Positions 25,235 through 36,614 of a stretch of 64,000 nucleotides of DNA are shown one piece after another. A program made the position numbers and the translations under genes. The notes below the pieces were generated by a model, which did not search any database, was not told the DNA's origin, and saw nothing but the letters and a program-made list of their open reading frames with translations. Where the stretch lies: assembly GCA_030265395.1 (NCBI GenBank), contig JARFYF010000051.1:36981445-37045444 (forward strand). The letters are read 5' to 3'. Origin of the DNA: Rhina ancylostomus (Eukaryota). Numbering within the stretch: the stretch's first letter is position 1; each line of letters begins with the position of its first letter.

Positions 25235-26710
25235 CAGGAAGATGTGGGGCTTGGAGGGGAACCTACAGGGGTTGGTATTCCCATGTGCTGGAAGCCCATG
25301 TCTTTTTTGATGATAGTGGTTGCAGGTGTGGGAGATGCTGTCAGATTAGTCTAGGTGAGCAGTGCATTTTGTATAATAACACACACTGTGCACAGATTCT
25401 CCTTATTTGCTCTATTAATTGAATTCATAATTGGGGACAATTCTTCAATCTCCCTTTAATTTTTTCTTACCCAAGAAGAACAACTCCTCCTCCACCTTCC
25501 CTGGTTTCCATTGTGATCTGCTGGGCATGACTTTAGAGCAAACATCTGCCAAGGTGGGGACCTGAACTGAAATTTTAACTGGCTTTTGCAGCTTCAACAA
25601 TTGGTCACCTCATGAGTAGCTTCTAATGTCATTATACATTGAAATAGAGCCCTGTGAAATGATGTTGTAGGTCTTTAATATGCAAGTGAAGAAGAGATGC
25701 AGTTGTAATGTTTATATGACCATATCTGGCACACTGCCTTACCTGCAGCCTTACTGGGAGAGAACAGTACAGCTGATTGAGTAGACTGTGATTCCATGCA
25801 GAGTTCCAAAGTAAACTGGAGTTGTTCTTCATTCTCAGCAGAAGCTTCACATCACGATGGAAAAGCAGCAATTAATTATATTCAGCATAAACATTTGAGG
25901 GAGAACAAAATGCAGAAGGAATATTTTCTGTAGTGACTAGTTCCATAATATCTACAAGAAGATTCATGCAACCACAGACCACCTGGTCTAATGGGCCTGT
26001 GCATACTTTTCCCAAGCAGCAATTGAATTGCCTTCCCTTTCACCAGAGCTCTGCAGATTCTTCCATTTTAAGTACTTATCCAACAGTCTTAACAATTATC
26101 ATTGAATCTGCTTCCACCATCCTTTCAGACAGTGGATTCTACATAACTTTGTAAAAATATTTCTCCTTGCTTTTGCTTCTGTTGCCAATTACATTCAACC
26201 CCTAACTTCTTACACGGGAAATCCAACTCCAAACTGTTTATATTTATTCATTTTTCAGAGATCTGGGCTCCACTGACAAAGCCAGCACTTATTGCCCATC
26301 CCTAATTGCCCCTTGAGATGACAGTGTTGAGTTGTCTTTTGAATTGCTGCAGCCTTTCTGGTGAAGGCAATCCTAACTTGCTGTTGGGAAGTTCTAGGAT
26401 TTGGACCCCAACATTAATAACCAGGGAATGTTAACATTTTTCCAAGTCAGTAAGGTGTGCGACTGGGAGAGGAACCCACAGGGGTTGGTATTCCCATGTA
26501 CTGGAAGCCCATGTTTTTCTTGGTGATCATGGTTGCAGGCTTGGGAGATGCTGTTGGATTAGTCTAGGTGAGCAACTGCAGTGCATTTTGTATACAACAC
26601 ACACTGGAGCCACTGTGCACTCATTTCTACTTATTTGCTCTATTTAAAATATTTATAATTGGGAACTTTTCTTCAATTTTCCTTTAATTTTGTCTTACAA
26701 AAGAACAACC
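25235..26710. repeat. ~250-nt direct repeat (~25235-25485 and ~26445-26710)
   Basis: Shared CAGGGGTTGGTATTCCCATGT.CTGGAAGCCCATGT…GATTAGTCTAGGTGAGCA…CTTATTTGCTCTATT…CTTCAAT…CCTTTAATTTT…AAGAACAAC. Confidence 0.85.
25743..25844 (-). CDS. C2CD5: C2CD5 exon (ASAENEEQLQFTLELCMESQSTQSAVLFSPSKAA)
   Basis: 102 nt, aag|CT…GCAG|gtaagg; aligns with human ASTDNEELLQFPLELC. Confidence 0.9.
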
Positions 26711-26839
26711 CCAACTTCCCCCATAACTGAAATGCCATCACATTAATTCACAAAATCCTTTCTGCACTCCGCTAGACTTTTGGATCCATCCTAATGATAC
26801 TGTCTGGAACTAAACACAGTACTCTAGCTGAAGCCTAAA

Positions 26840-27552
26840 TGGGAGATGCAATAGTGCAGCTACTAGAGCTCCAGCGACATGGGATCGATTCTGATTTCCA
26901 TCGCTATCTGTGTGGAGTTTGCATCATCTCCCGTGATAAAATGGGTTTTCCTGTTTCCTTCCATGCCGAACAGATGTGCATCTTGGTAGGTTAACTAGCA
27001 ACTGCAAGTTGCTCCTGCTGCACAGGTGCATGACAGAATCTGAGAAGGGGGTGGGGGACTTTTATAGAATCATAGAACAGTACAGCACAATACAGGCCCT
27101 TCAGCCCAAAATGTTGTGCCAACCTTTAAACCTCGCCTAAGACTATCTAACTGCTTCCTCCCACATATCCCTCTATTTTAAATTCCTCCAGATGCTTATC
27201 TAGCAATCTCTCGAATTTGTCCAATGTACCTGCCTTNNNNNNNNNNNNNNNNNNNNNNNNNNNNNNNNNNNNNNNNNNNNNNNNNNNNNNNNNNNNNNNN
27301 NNNNNNNNNNNNNNNNNNNNNNNNAAAACCTCCCTCTGATATCTCCCTTGAACTTCCCACCCATTACTTTAAAGCCATGCCCTCTTGTATTGGGCATTGG
27401 TACCCTGGGAAAGAGGCGCTGGCTGTCCACTCTATCTCTTCTTTTGGAGGGAACGTGGGAAGAATAAAATGGGATCAGCGCGAATGGATGCCTGATGGTT
27501 GACATGTACTCAGTGGGCCGAAGTGTCCGTTTTGGTGGTGTACAACTCGGAC
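26840..27552 (+). mobile_element. HE1-like SINE split by an antisense CR1 3' fragment (27064-27440)
   Basis: SINE head and V domain at 26840-27063; SINE tail resumes at ~27441. The insert encodes RDRVDSQRLFPRVPMPNTRGHGFKV on the minus strand. Confidence 0.75.
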
Positions 27553-28492
27553 TTAGTATAGCATCCTGACTTTTGCACTCTGCTTCAGTTTATAAAGACA
27601 CAGAGTATAAAAGTATCCAACATGTGTGCTTTTGCTTTGAAACAACTTCTCAGCTTTTCCTTTTGCCTGTAGAGTTCTGTGTGCATGCACCAGCAAGCCC
27701 GTCTGGCCTTTCACATCATCTAAGATTCTACAATTCATTTGGTCTTCCCACCAAAATGTACCACGTTGCGTGTTAAACAACATCTGCTACATTTGTATCC
27801 ATTTCAGCAGTCTGCACACACCCTCTAGAAATCTGATATTATCGTCTTCAACGTGTTCTAAATTTCCATCTTCACTGGTTACTAGAACATTCGGAATTAT
27901 GGTCAAGAATGTGTCAAAAAAAGGATGTAGTCCTAATACTGACTTTTGAGTGATCACTATACACTTCCCTTCAGTCTGTAACATAACACTGTCTCTCAAT
28001 TTTATATCAATACCACCAATGTCCTTTAATATAATTGATTTCAATTTTGCTGAAGTACAAAATGTGTCACATTTTCCAAGTACTCTTTGAAATGTGTGTC
28101 TGTTACTGATTAGAAAATGTCTTCCAAGTAACAGTCAAAGACAGACTCAACATTTTGGATTTCTTTCCATCTCCCCCATTGCCAACTATCTTGGCTGATG
28201 CTCATACTGCCTGTAGTGGGTGTCAGCAGTTTGGATACATCTGGGTGGAAGCTGAAGCTGTCCAGTCACATCGAGCTCTTTAGTGAAAGAGCAATTTTAA
28301 ATGAATGGTGGATTAAAAGTTCCCCACTGCACTTCCTCATGTGGATGGTTTGAGAGTATGCCAGACAAAAATTTTATGGTGCACTAAACAACAATGTTCA
28401 ACAATTTCCAGGTGATTTTAGACATCATGAGCAATCAACCTGGCTACTTTCAACTGCACTAAATAATAAATATTATCTTTTAATCAGCTTAC

Positions 28493-28577
28493 CTCTTAGG
28501 AGAGTCTTGTCTGCACAAACCTTGACATATTGAGCTTGGTCCTTATCATACGTTATTGCAACAGCTGTAACTGCAAC
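28493..28577 (-). CDS. C2CD5: C2CD5 exon (VAVTAVAITYDKDQAQYVKVCADKTLLR)
   Basis: 85 nt, cag|GTT…AGAG|gtaagc; follows a 93-nt intron. Confidence 0.93.
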
Positions 28578-28670
28578 CTGCAAAAATGCATCAGTAAGAA
28601 CTGAAATCCATACTGCAGACATTTGGATCATTAAATACTGTTGTAAATGTTATGTTTTGTATGTATATAC

Positions 28671-28760
28671 CTGGATTAATTCATCCTCTGGTAATGCAAC
28701 ATTGAAATTCACATGACATAGACAGCAAGGTACCATGGACCGCAGTTTAAAATACAGAGT
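28671..28760 (-). CDS. C2CD5: C2CD5 exon (TLYFKLRSMVPCCLCHVNFNVALPEDELIQ)
   Basis: 90 nt, tag|ACT…CAG|gtatat. Confidence 0.95.
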
Positions 28761-29391
28761 CTAGGGAATAATGGAAAAAGATTTAATTGGTTAGGTATGA
28801 GAGACAGAACCATGCCAACAGTCGTATAGAAATAATTACTAATGCTTAAAGAATCAGTACACTTTATAGCACCATAACTGCATCCTGGTATGAAAGGACA
28901 AATAAATACACTGGTTGGCACCTCACAAGGTTAATCTGTGGTCAAAGTGAACACGTTTGCAGAAGCCTTCCAAACCATACAAATCCAACTTCTGTAAATA
29001 CCAATTCTTCTTCATAAGAATACAGGCTGTCCCCAGGTTATACACGGCTGACTTATGGATACCCATAGATATGAATGAGCTATCACTAAATTCAAGAGTC
29101 CGACATACATACACAAGTTCATTCCTACTAACAGAAGAACGAGTTTCCTCCATCTCACCACTTTTAGTAATTGTTCTTTCATATCAGTTGTGTGTTTTTG
29201 ATGCCATTCATAACAATACTGTGGAGGTATGGTTACAATATCAACTGATTTTTGTGTATTTTCTGACCAATGAACAAAATCGACAATAAAAAGTAGTTGT
29301 GTGTTTGTTTCTGTTCTCACTTCTGAGAGAAATTCACTAGTTCAAATCGTGCTATTAGATGCAAGTTGTGTTGTATTTCAACCTCTTTTAC

Positions 29392-29493
29392 CTTCAGTAG
29401 GTTTTCACAAAGATCACTAAAGGCTTTATTAAGTCCCTGTGATGTGAGACTGGTAACATTGTTCAGCCGGAACACTCGCACAGAAGTGAACAT
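29392..29493 (-). CDS. C2CD5: C2CD5 exon (MFTSVRVFRLNNVTSLTSQGLNKAFSDLCENLLK)
   Basis: 102 nt, tag|ATG…AAG|gtaaaa. Confidence 0.95.
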
Positions 29494-31267
29494 CTAAAAA
29501 GGAAAGGGAAGGGGAAGTGCATTAGTCAGTAGCAGGTATAATCCTTTGATGGCTGTAAATACCAATTATAAATACTATTTTATGATGTAGTTGGTCAACT
29601 TTCTGAATAACTCATTGTAATCAGGGTTAAGCACATGGATGCCAAGGTCATAAATGTTAATACTTATAAAAAGTGTTTACAATGGACCACTCTCATCCAT
29701 TGACTATTTGAAACAAAAATCAATTCAATAAAAATACAAAGAGTAAGCAGTTACTTTCAACACAAGAATTTAACATGTGCTGCAGCAATTACTGTCCAGG
29801 CATTTACAAGCTTCAAATAGATCTCCCTTTCAAAAATATAAATAAGAAATGAATGGTCAGAACTGCAGTTGATGGGTGGTGAAAAAACCAGGGATGTGTC
29901 TCATTATGTTTTATACTTTCTTCTTATTTTACTCCATAAAAATCCTTCTCTCTTTCAATAATGTCACCATTTAATAGTTTAAAGATAAATGATGAGTTTG
30001 TGTTTTGATATTGCAAAGAAAAAGTTACGAAATGACTTCACGTGCCATAATGTACTACCACCTCTTCTGAGGTAGCATTCAGTCTTCTGACCTGCTACAA
30101 TGTACTTTCCTACAATTATAATTTCAAAGTATTTAATTGGCAAATCCTGTAACATTGCACAGTGGTTAAAAATACGTTCCTCTTTCTATAACATCGAATC
30201 AGCTATGACCTGAGGAACAATAGTCAACCCAAGCAATAGATGGGATTAGATAAACTTGCATTACTGGGATAATGGCATTTGAGTGCCATTAAAGAATGAT
30301 GAATTATAAGGAATGAGATGAAACAAATAGAAAGGAAAAACTGATTTGATGGAAAAATTAACTTCAAAAATAACAGGTGTTATGAGATAAAATCATGACA
30401 AGTTTCACAGGACACATACACAAGAGAAAACCTTTCAAGGATTTCTTTTCTAGTTGAGAGTTATTGCTTTGTTTCAAAAAATATAAACTAATACCCTGCA
30501 CCCACAGAAAGCAGTACCAACCACTCAAAATGTATCACACGTGTACACAAATCCATGAAGCTGTCCTGTGCCTTCCAGGTAACACATACACACTTTAACC
30601 CTCACAGCCCCATCATTTACAGAATTACTATCACTTAAAGCATAAAACACTATTCCAGGTGTCTGCTACACATCCCTCAACAACTTTGATTACCAATCCT
30701 TACCTCAACCCTTCATTACTTATTTACTTCTCTTCCATCGTTCCAGGTTTGAAACATTACAGGTTGAAACCCTGCATGTGAACCTGTAATGTCAACAATT
30801 CCTTCCATCACCACCCCTCCCCCCTCCCCCCCCCCCCCACAGATGCTGCTCAACTCACAGAGTTCCTCCAGCAGCTTGTTTGTTGATTAGTTTTAAGTGC
30901 CTTTCTTGCAATTCATCCAGAATGTCTGTTTGCTATGAACAATGCCCTTGTTGTCCAATAACTTATTGTAGATAACTGCATCAATGTCAAAAACCCTTCT
31001 TTGTCACAAACCTGGCTATTGGACGATGATATCTTGCCCAAACAGTGCTTTCCTGCCTCACCATACTTTCTACTAGGCTTTCCACCATGGTGGTGTAACT
31101 TATTATTAGATCATACCTTGGGGAGTTCTCCCACACTTCTGGCAGATTGGTCATTTAAACCTCCATGTCAATTCTTCATCCTTCACAGACCTCCCATCCT
31201 TTCTCAGCCTCTCCCTCCGTATACACTCCCAGTCAACAATTTTTTTTTCCAAAACCTTTATTCTTAG

Positions 31268-31485
31268 CATGGTAACTGGCCCTTCCGGCCCAAAGAGTAC
31301 GTGCCGCCCATTTAAACCTACCCGTACATCTCTGGAATGTGGGAGGAAACCAGAATGCCCGGAGGAAACTCACACAGACACACGAGAAAAACTCACAAAC
31401 CCCTTACAGACAGTGGTGGGAATTGAATCCCGATCGCTGGCGCTGTGATAGCGTCACGCTAACTGCTATGCTACTGTGCCGCCCC
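31268..31485 (-). mobile_element. V-SINE (tRNA-derived)
   Basis: Reverse complement GGGGCGGCACAGTAGCATAGCAGTTAGCG…GGGATTCAATTCCC…GAGTTTCCTCCGGG…TTCCTCCCACATTCC. Confidence 0.8.
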
Positions 31486-32857
31486 ATGTGCTAGCTAATC
31501 ACCTTTTCCAACAAGAGACAGCTTAAATACCTTCCTTTGATATTCAGCTGCATTACTATCATTGTTTTCCCACCCCACCCCCATGATCAACATTGTGGGT
31601 GTGAGCATTGACTCAAGTAATCAACTGTGCTAGCCATACTCTTAACATTTTCACAAATATCAGATTGACCTGCATAATTTTCCAATCCAAAGGAACTGTT
31701 CCCAAATCAGGAGAACATTGGAAGATTATAGTTAATACATTTGCACCATTGAGATGGAAATCATTTCCTTCTGGGGACCTATTACATTTTATTGTAACAT
31801 ACATTAGTAATGCAATTTAGTTTGCTCAGAACATTCTGCAACTACCATTCTATTATGATTGTCAACACTGACCCAAATAATTATCCAACAGGTTTTTCAT
31901 TTGCAATGTCATTGTTATCAGTTTTAAAGAAGCCCACAATGCTTCTGAAGAATTTTATTTTTCCCTAACGAAAAAGTGAACATGTTGATTTTGATTTTCT
32001 TTGTTAATTATTGTATTGCCATACCTCTTTCTTTCCATTCTTTCTAGCCCTCCCATTTCAAGGATGTGTGCCAACTTTTGCCTTATTGTATGATTATTGT
32101 TTTGAGTTGAACCTTCCTCTGTAGTTATCTGTGGCTTTCTGTTTCTGGCAGTGGTACTCCTGCGGTATCAACTAACTGCACCACATGACTTTTTTTTGGA
32201 TATTTGTCACTCACTTTCTGTCATTTTATTGATTTGTCCAGTTTACCCAAGGCACCCTCTGCCCCTTCATGATGGGGCAATCATCTAAATCTGGAATTAT
32301 ACCAGCTGCTTTGCACTTTTTTCTTTCAAACATAACCTCAAATGCAATTTATTTAAATCATTATTGGATAAATATCCATACATTGTTGGGCAGTTAAGTA
32401 AATCTGGCTCATTACGCATTACTAAATCTAATGTGGATAATCATGAGCTAGTATACTTATCTCAATGTATATGAAAGTTAAAACTTCATATTAAAAACCA
32501 CCCTGCCTTTCAAATAACTTTGTCTGATTGCTGTGTTTAAGCATGCTACTACATCACAGCTGCTACTACATCACAGCTGCTACCACAGGGTCCACAGCAC
32601 AGCTGCCACTGGAGTTTTAAACCTTCTTTCACTTCTTGATTCCANNNNNNNNNNNNNNNNNNNNNNNNNNNNNNNNNNNNNNNNNNNNNNNNNNNNNNNN
32701 NNNNNAGGCTTGATTGCTGACTTATCACTTAAAATATTCTCACAATACTTAGGTAATTTCAAGTTCTGAAACTACTGATCCACCGGTACCATATTTCCCA
32801 ATTTTGCTTTAGACTGTAATCTGGTTGTTTAGTTGCACAAAAGCAATGCAGATTTAC

Positions 32858-32919
32858 CTGTAAATCAGATGTCCAATTGTTGATACCTGGCATAACCTCT
32901 GTATTACAACTGTAAAAAC
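32858..32919 (-). CDS. C2CD5: C2CD5 exon (GFYSCNTEVMPGINNWTSDLQ)
   Basis: 62 nt, cag|GT…CAG|gtaaat. Confidence 0.95.
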
Positions 32920-33174
32920 CTGTCAAGGTAAAATAAGCTCAGAAAGTTTATAAGTCAAGGACAGCAAGTACAAATCTAATTATTTCAATTCATTACAGGC
33001 AGGTATCTTAACTGCAATTCAATTTCTGTCAATGCATAAATCTATTAGGAAGTCTAATCATATTGAAATTAGAAAAGGATAAAAGAAAAGAGCACAATGC
33101 TTTCCCCCGCGCCCCGCCCCACCCCTCAAGACAATCGGAACTCAGTTTGTGTTGGTATCTTCCCAAGGACTTAC

Positions 33175-33238
33175 CAGCTGGGGTGGGAGCATCAGTCAAC
33201 AATGAATGAATATCTTCAACAGCATCAGCATCATCAAT
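33175..33238 (-). CDS. C2CD5: C2CD5 exon (IDDADAVEDIHSLLTDAPTPAG)
   Basis: 64 nt, cag|ATT…G|gtaagt. Confidence 0.95.
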
Positions 33239-33644
33239 CTGAAATACAGAGCAGTGCTGATAAGGTCCCCATCTCATACAGTGGACCATAAGGCCTGATG
33301 TGGTGGAATATAATGCAATGCTATTGGAGCCTTCATATGAATCAGTGGAATTTAGTATCAGATTTTATACTTTGGTCCAGCTGTGCAATATGGTCTTTTG
33401 TTAAAATTCTGACCTGGTGGAATATAATCCAGTGTTACTAAAATGCTTACACAGAATATAGTGCAATGACTTGTTCAGTGGAATAAAGTGTGAGTAATTT
33501 CCTGAGCTCATATAGTATAAAGCAGTGTTACTAGGTTCCTGATCTGGTAGAATACAGCTCACTATTACCAAAGTCTTCTCAAGAATCAGTAGAAACTGAG
33601 TGCAGTGAAATATTGTGGTGTTAAAAAAGTGAAGGTATATGTCC

Positions 33645-34372
33645 TTAGGGGGAACAGCACCTCGTATTCCACTGGGTAGTCTACAACCCAATGGTGAACA
33701 TTGAATTTTCTGATTTCAAGCGACCCTTATCTCATGTGTTTCCCCCTCTCTCGCCTTCCCAGACACCTCTGGTCCTCTCATTTTTGTTCCCTTTCCTATA
33801 CACTCCCTCCAGCACCCCCACCCCCATCCCCCTCATGGTTCTGTCTNNNNNNNNNNNNNNNNNNNNNNNNNNNNNNNNNNNNNNNNNNNNNNNNNNNNNN
33901 NNNNNNNNNNNNNNGTTCCATGTGTCCTCCACCTCTCCACTACTGGTTCTCATCATCTTCCTTACTTATCAGATTCCAGCACTGGTAGCCTTTGTCTCCC
34001 ATTTATAACCCTCCAGCAGCCATCTCCACCTTCCTCCTCCCCCCCATCTCACTCCATCTGCCTTTTCTTTCCCTCGTTGTCTGCTTCCACCTATCATCCA
34101 CTGCATCCCAACTCCACCTGACCATCATCCCTTACCCCTTTTGGTTCACCCATGACCTACTGGCCCATCTCACCCCTCCCGCCCCTCAACACTGGCTATT
34201 TTCCCTCTACACACTCATTTCTGATGCAGAGTCTTGACCCAAGACATTGGCAACTCCTTTCCCTCTACAGATGCTGCTCGATCTACTGAGTCCCATAGAA
34301 AGCACCATAGAAAGTACCCTGCAGTGGTCTATTTTTTGCACCAGATGCCAGCATCTGCTGTCTATTGCATCT
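33645..34372 (+). mobile_element. Penelope-like element 3' end and terminal repeat
   Basis: EQHLVF…LGSLQPNG…NIEFSDFK (C-terminus of the GIY-YIG ORF), a pyrimidine-rich spacer, a degenerate hammerhead core (34221-34250) and the GATGCTGC…CCAGCATCTGC tail. Confidence 0.75.
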
Positions 34373-34415
34373 CCAAGATACGTATCCTTCTGCATTCTGA
34401 ACAAGATTCCCATAC

Positions 34416-34556
34416 CTCTAACACAAAGGCATCCTTTTTCCCATGTGAAAGATCCAGTTCGGAAACATCATCTGAACTTTCTGAATGGGACCTGAAGAGC
34501 CTGGAACGCTGCCTTGTTTCTGGGATCGGGGATCCAAGCAACTCCTCTAGCATCTC
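34416..34556 (-). CDS. C2CD5: C2CD5 exon (EMLEELLGSPIPETRQRSRLFRSHSESSDDVSELDLSHGKKDAFVLE)
   Basis: 141 nt, tag|GAG…GAG|gtatgg. Confidence 0.96.
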
Positions 34557-34807
34557 CTACCGTCAAAAATGTATTGGACAGGAAATAAATGGCATTTATC
34601 AAAAGACACTGTTATTTCTCCATAGAAAGCATCGAAGTATAATGGGGTTATAGTTTCAAGAGTGCTAGTCACCCTCTACTGCCTCATTTAAGCAGCTATG
34701 TGAAACGAGATAATGAATGCTAGTTGCTTATTTGATTGTTACTGGGGCATGGAATTTGTTTTCTCTTCTAACAGTGATCATTGGATAGTGGGATTCCCAT
34801 TCCTGAT

Positions 34808-35031
34808 CAATCTGTTTTCCTTTCTCTCGCCAAGAGGCATTGAGTTCAGTTACTTTAGAGCTTTTCATTTGAATCTTGGATGCTAAAGGTGACATCAATT
34901 CAAGTAGGCCAGTTATAGCAAGCCTGTTTCAGTGAGACAGCAGGCTGTCACCTTTAGCACCCGAGATTCAAATGAAAACTCTGCAGAAATTGAACTCAGC
35001 ACCTCTAGACAAGAGAAAGGAAAGCAAATTG
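34808..35031. repeat. Long imperfect inverted repeat (arms ~87 nt, spacer 51 nt)
   Basis: 34808-34894 is the reverse complement of 34946-35031, with about 14 substitutions and 1 indel by hand alignment. Confidence 0.9.
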
Positions 35032-36223
35032 GGTTCCCTTTCCTGATTACTGTTGGAATTTGATATCTCTTTATATGCCTCAGTAATGCTCAAATAACTT
35101 TTGAGCTGGCTGGATAGTTAGGAACTTAAGGAATAAAACCAATTACAGCTCTTTTGGAAACCTATTACACCATTATTGCTATTGGGCAAAAATGTTATTT
35201 TTCCCCAAATCAACATATTTTGAAGTGGTATCAAGTCTTTCTCAAAAAAAAACCAGATGCAAATTGTCATCATCCCACAGTCTCTACTACTGTTACACAT
35301 TGCAATTAACCAATGCAAAATCTTTTGTTTGAGTGCTTCAATAACTAGATACTCAAATCATTAAAGCTGTTCTTATTTACTCCACAACAAAAATAAACAG
35401 AAAAATCCTGTTTTTCCCAGATATATTCAGCAGCTTCCCACCAGTGGTATGATCCCACAGGAGGCAAAACCTATCAACAACATCAGGTCTCGACAGGAAA
35501 ATCGCCATTCTTTGACAATAGATCACTTAGAGCTTTCAAAGCATTTCCAGTGGGCAACAACTAACATTTGTCAAGTGTTCTTTTTAAGACAGCAAGTGTA
35601 CAAAATATGACTTGTCATATCCAAGAGTTATACCTCTTGGTAGAAACAGCTCTGGCTGAATAATCTACAGGAACTGGAAATATGAACATAAGTATATATA
35701 TTTTTTGTTTAAAACTTCACATCTACTACATTTGGAAGCAGCTTTGCATCAAAAATGGCTGCTCACTAATGAGACAAAATGTTCCACAAAGGTCACTTAA
35801 TATAAAAATTGAAATTTTTTATACTTTTACTAATGCATACAATTAAAGGGATTATCCATAATCATGATTTTCATCCGACAATCAAAGAATATTTTTAATT
35901 CTTCTTCAGGAACCATGCATTTTTATTAGGAACACAGAGTGCCTTGATTGGAGATGAAAGCACTGTTTTCTGACCATAGAACAAATAAAAGGCTATTCAA
36001 CGCCTCAAACCTGTTCAACCATTAAATCAAATCATAGCTGATCAGTATTTTTAACCCACTTTCACACGATTCCTCAATATGCTTGACTAACAAAAACCTA
36101 TCTCAACCTCAAATTTCAATCAACTTCCAACATCTACAATCTTCTTCAGGAAAGAGTTTGAAATGTCTGCTGTTGCTTTATTTTGGTTAATGTTAACTCG
36201 CACACAAATGAGCTTGTACTTAC

Positions 36224-36388
36224 AGGAGGATTTATCTCATGGATTTCTCTGTTTTTAATGATCATATCGTTGATCTTTTTCTGTATGTTTGATATATGTT
36301 GATCATAAGAAGAATCACTTGGTGTCTTCCCTGCAACTTGTATACCTCCTGGTGAGGGCAGTGCCGTCACATATAAACCAGTTGCTGA
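36224..36388 (-). CDS. C2CD5: C2CD5 exon (SATGLYVTALPSPGGIQVAGKTPSDSSYDQHISNIQKKINDMIIKNREIHEINPP)
   Basis: 165 nt, tag|TCA…CCT|gtaagt. Confidence 0.96.
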
Positions 36389-36614
36389 CTAGAACAAAAC
36401 CAAAAAGGAAAATACATTAATTCATAAAATAATGGCAACTTCCCTTATAAATACGAACATGGGGATTTATAATGAAAAAAGCTGGGTAACGTGCACATAT
36501 TTAAGACTTTAATATAGATTCAGAAGTACTTCCACACAAGTTGCAACGTTAAAACAGACAGCTCAACTCAGTGTTTCCACTTCAAGTTCTAAACAGTGCG
36601 TTCCAATATTCTTG

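Noticed and set aside
28923-29320. Overlapping 76-110 aa ORFs on both strands
   Set aside because: Intronic, with no recognisable homology and no phase-compatible splice sites needed by the C2CD5 model.
32546-32590. 17-bp tandem duplication GCTACTACATCACAGCT (similar short duplications at 9728, 17685, 34293)
   Set aside because: Ordinary slippage duplications with no functional cue.
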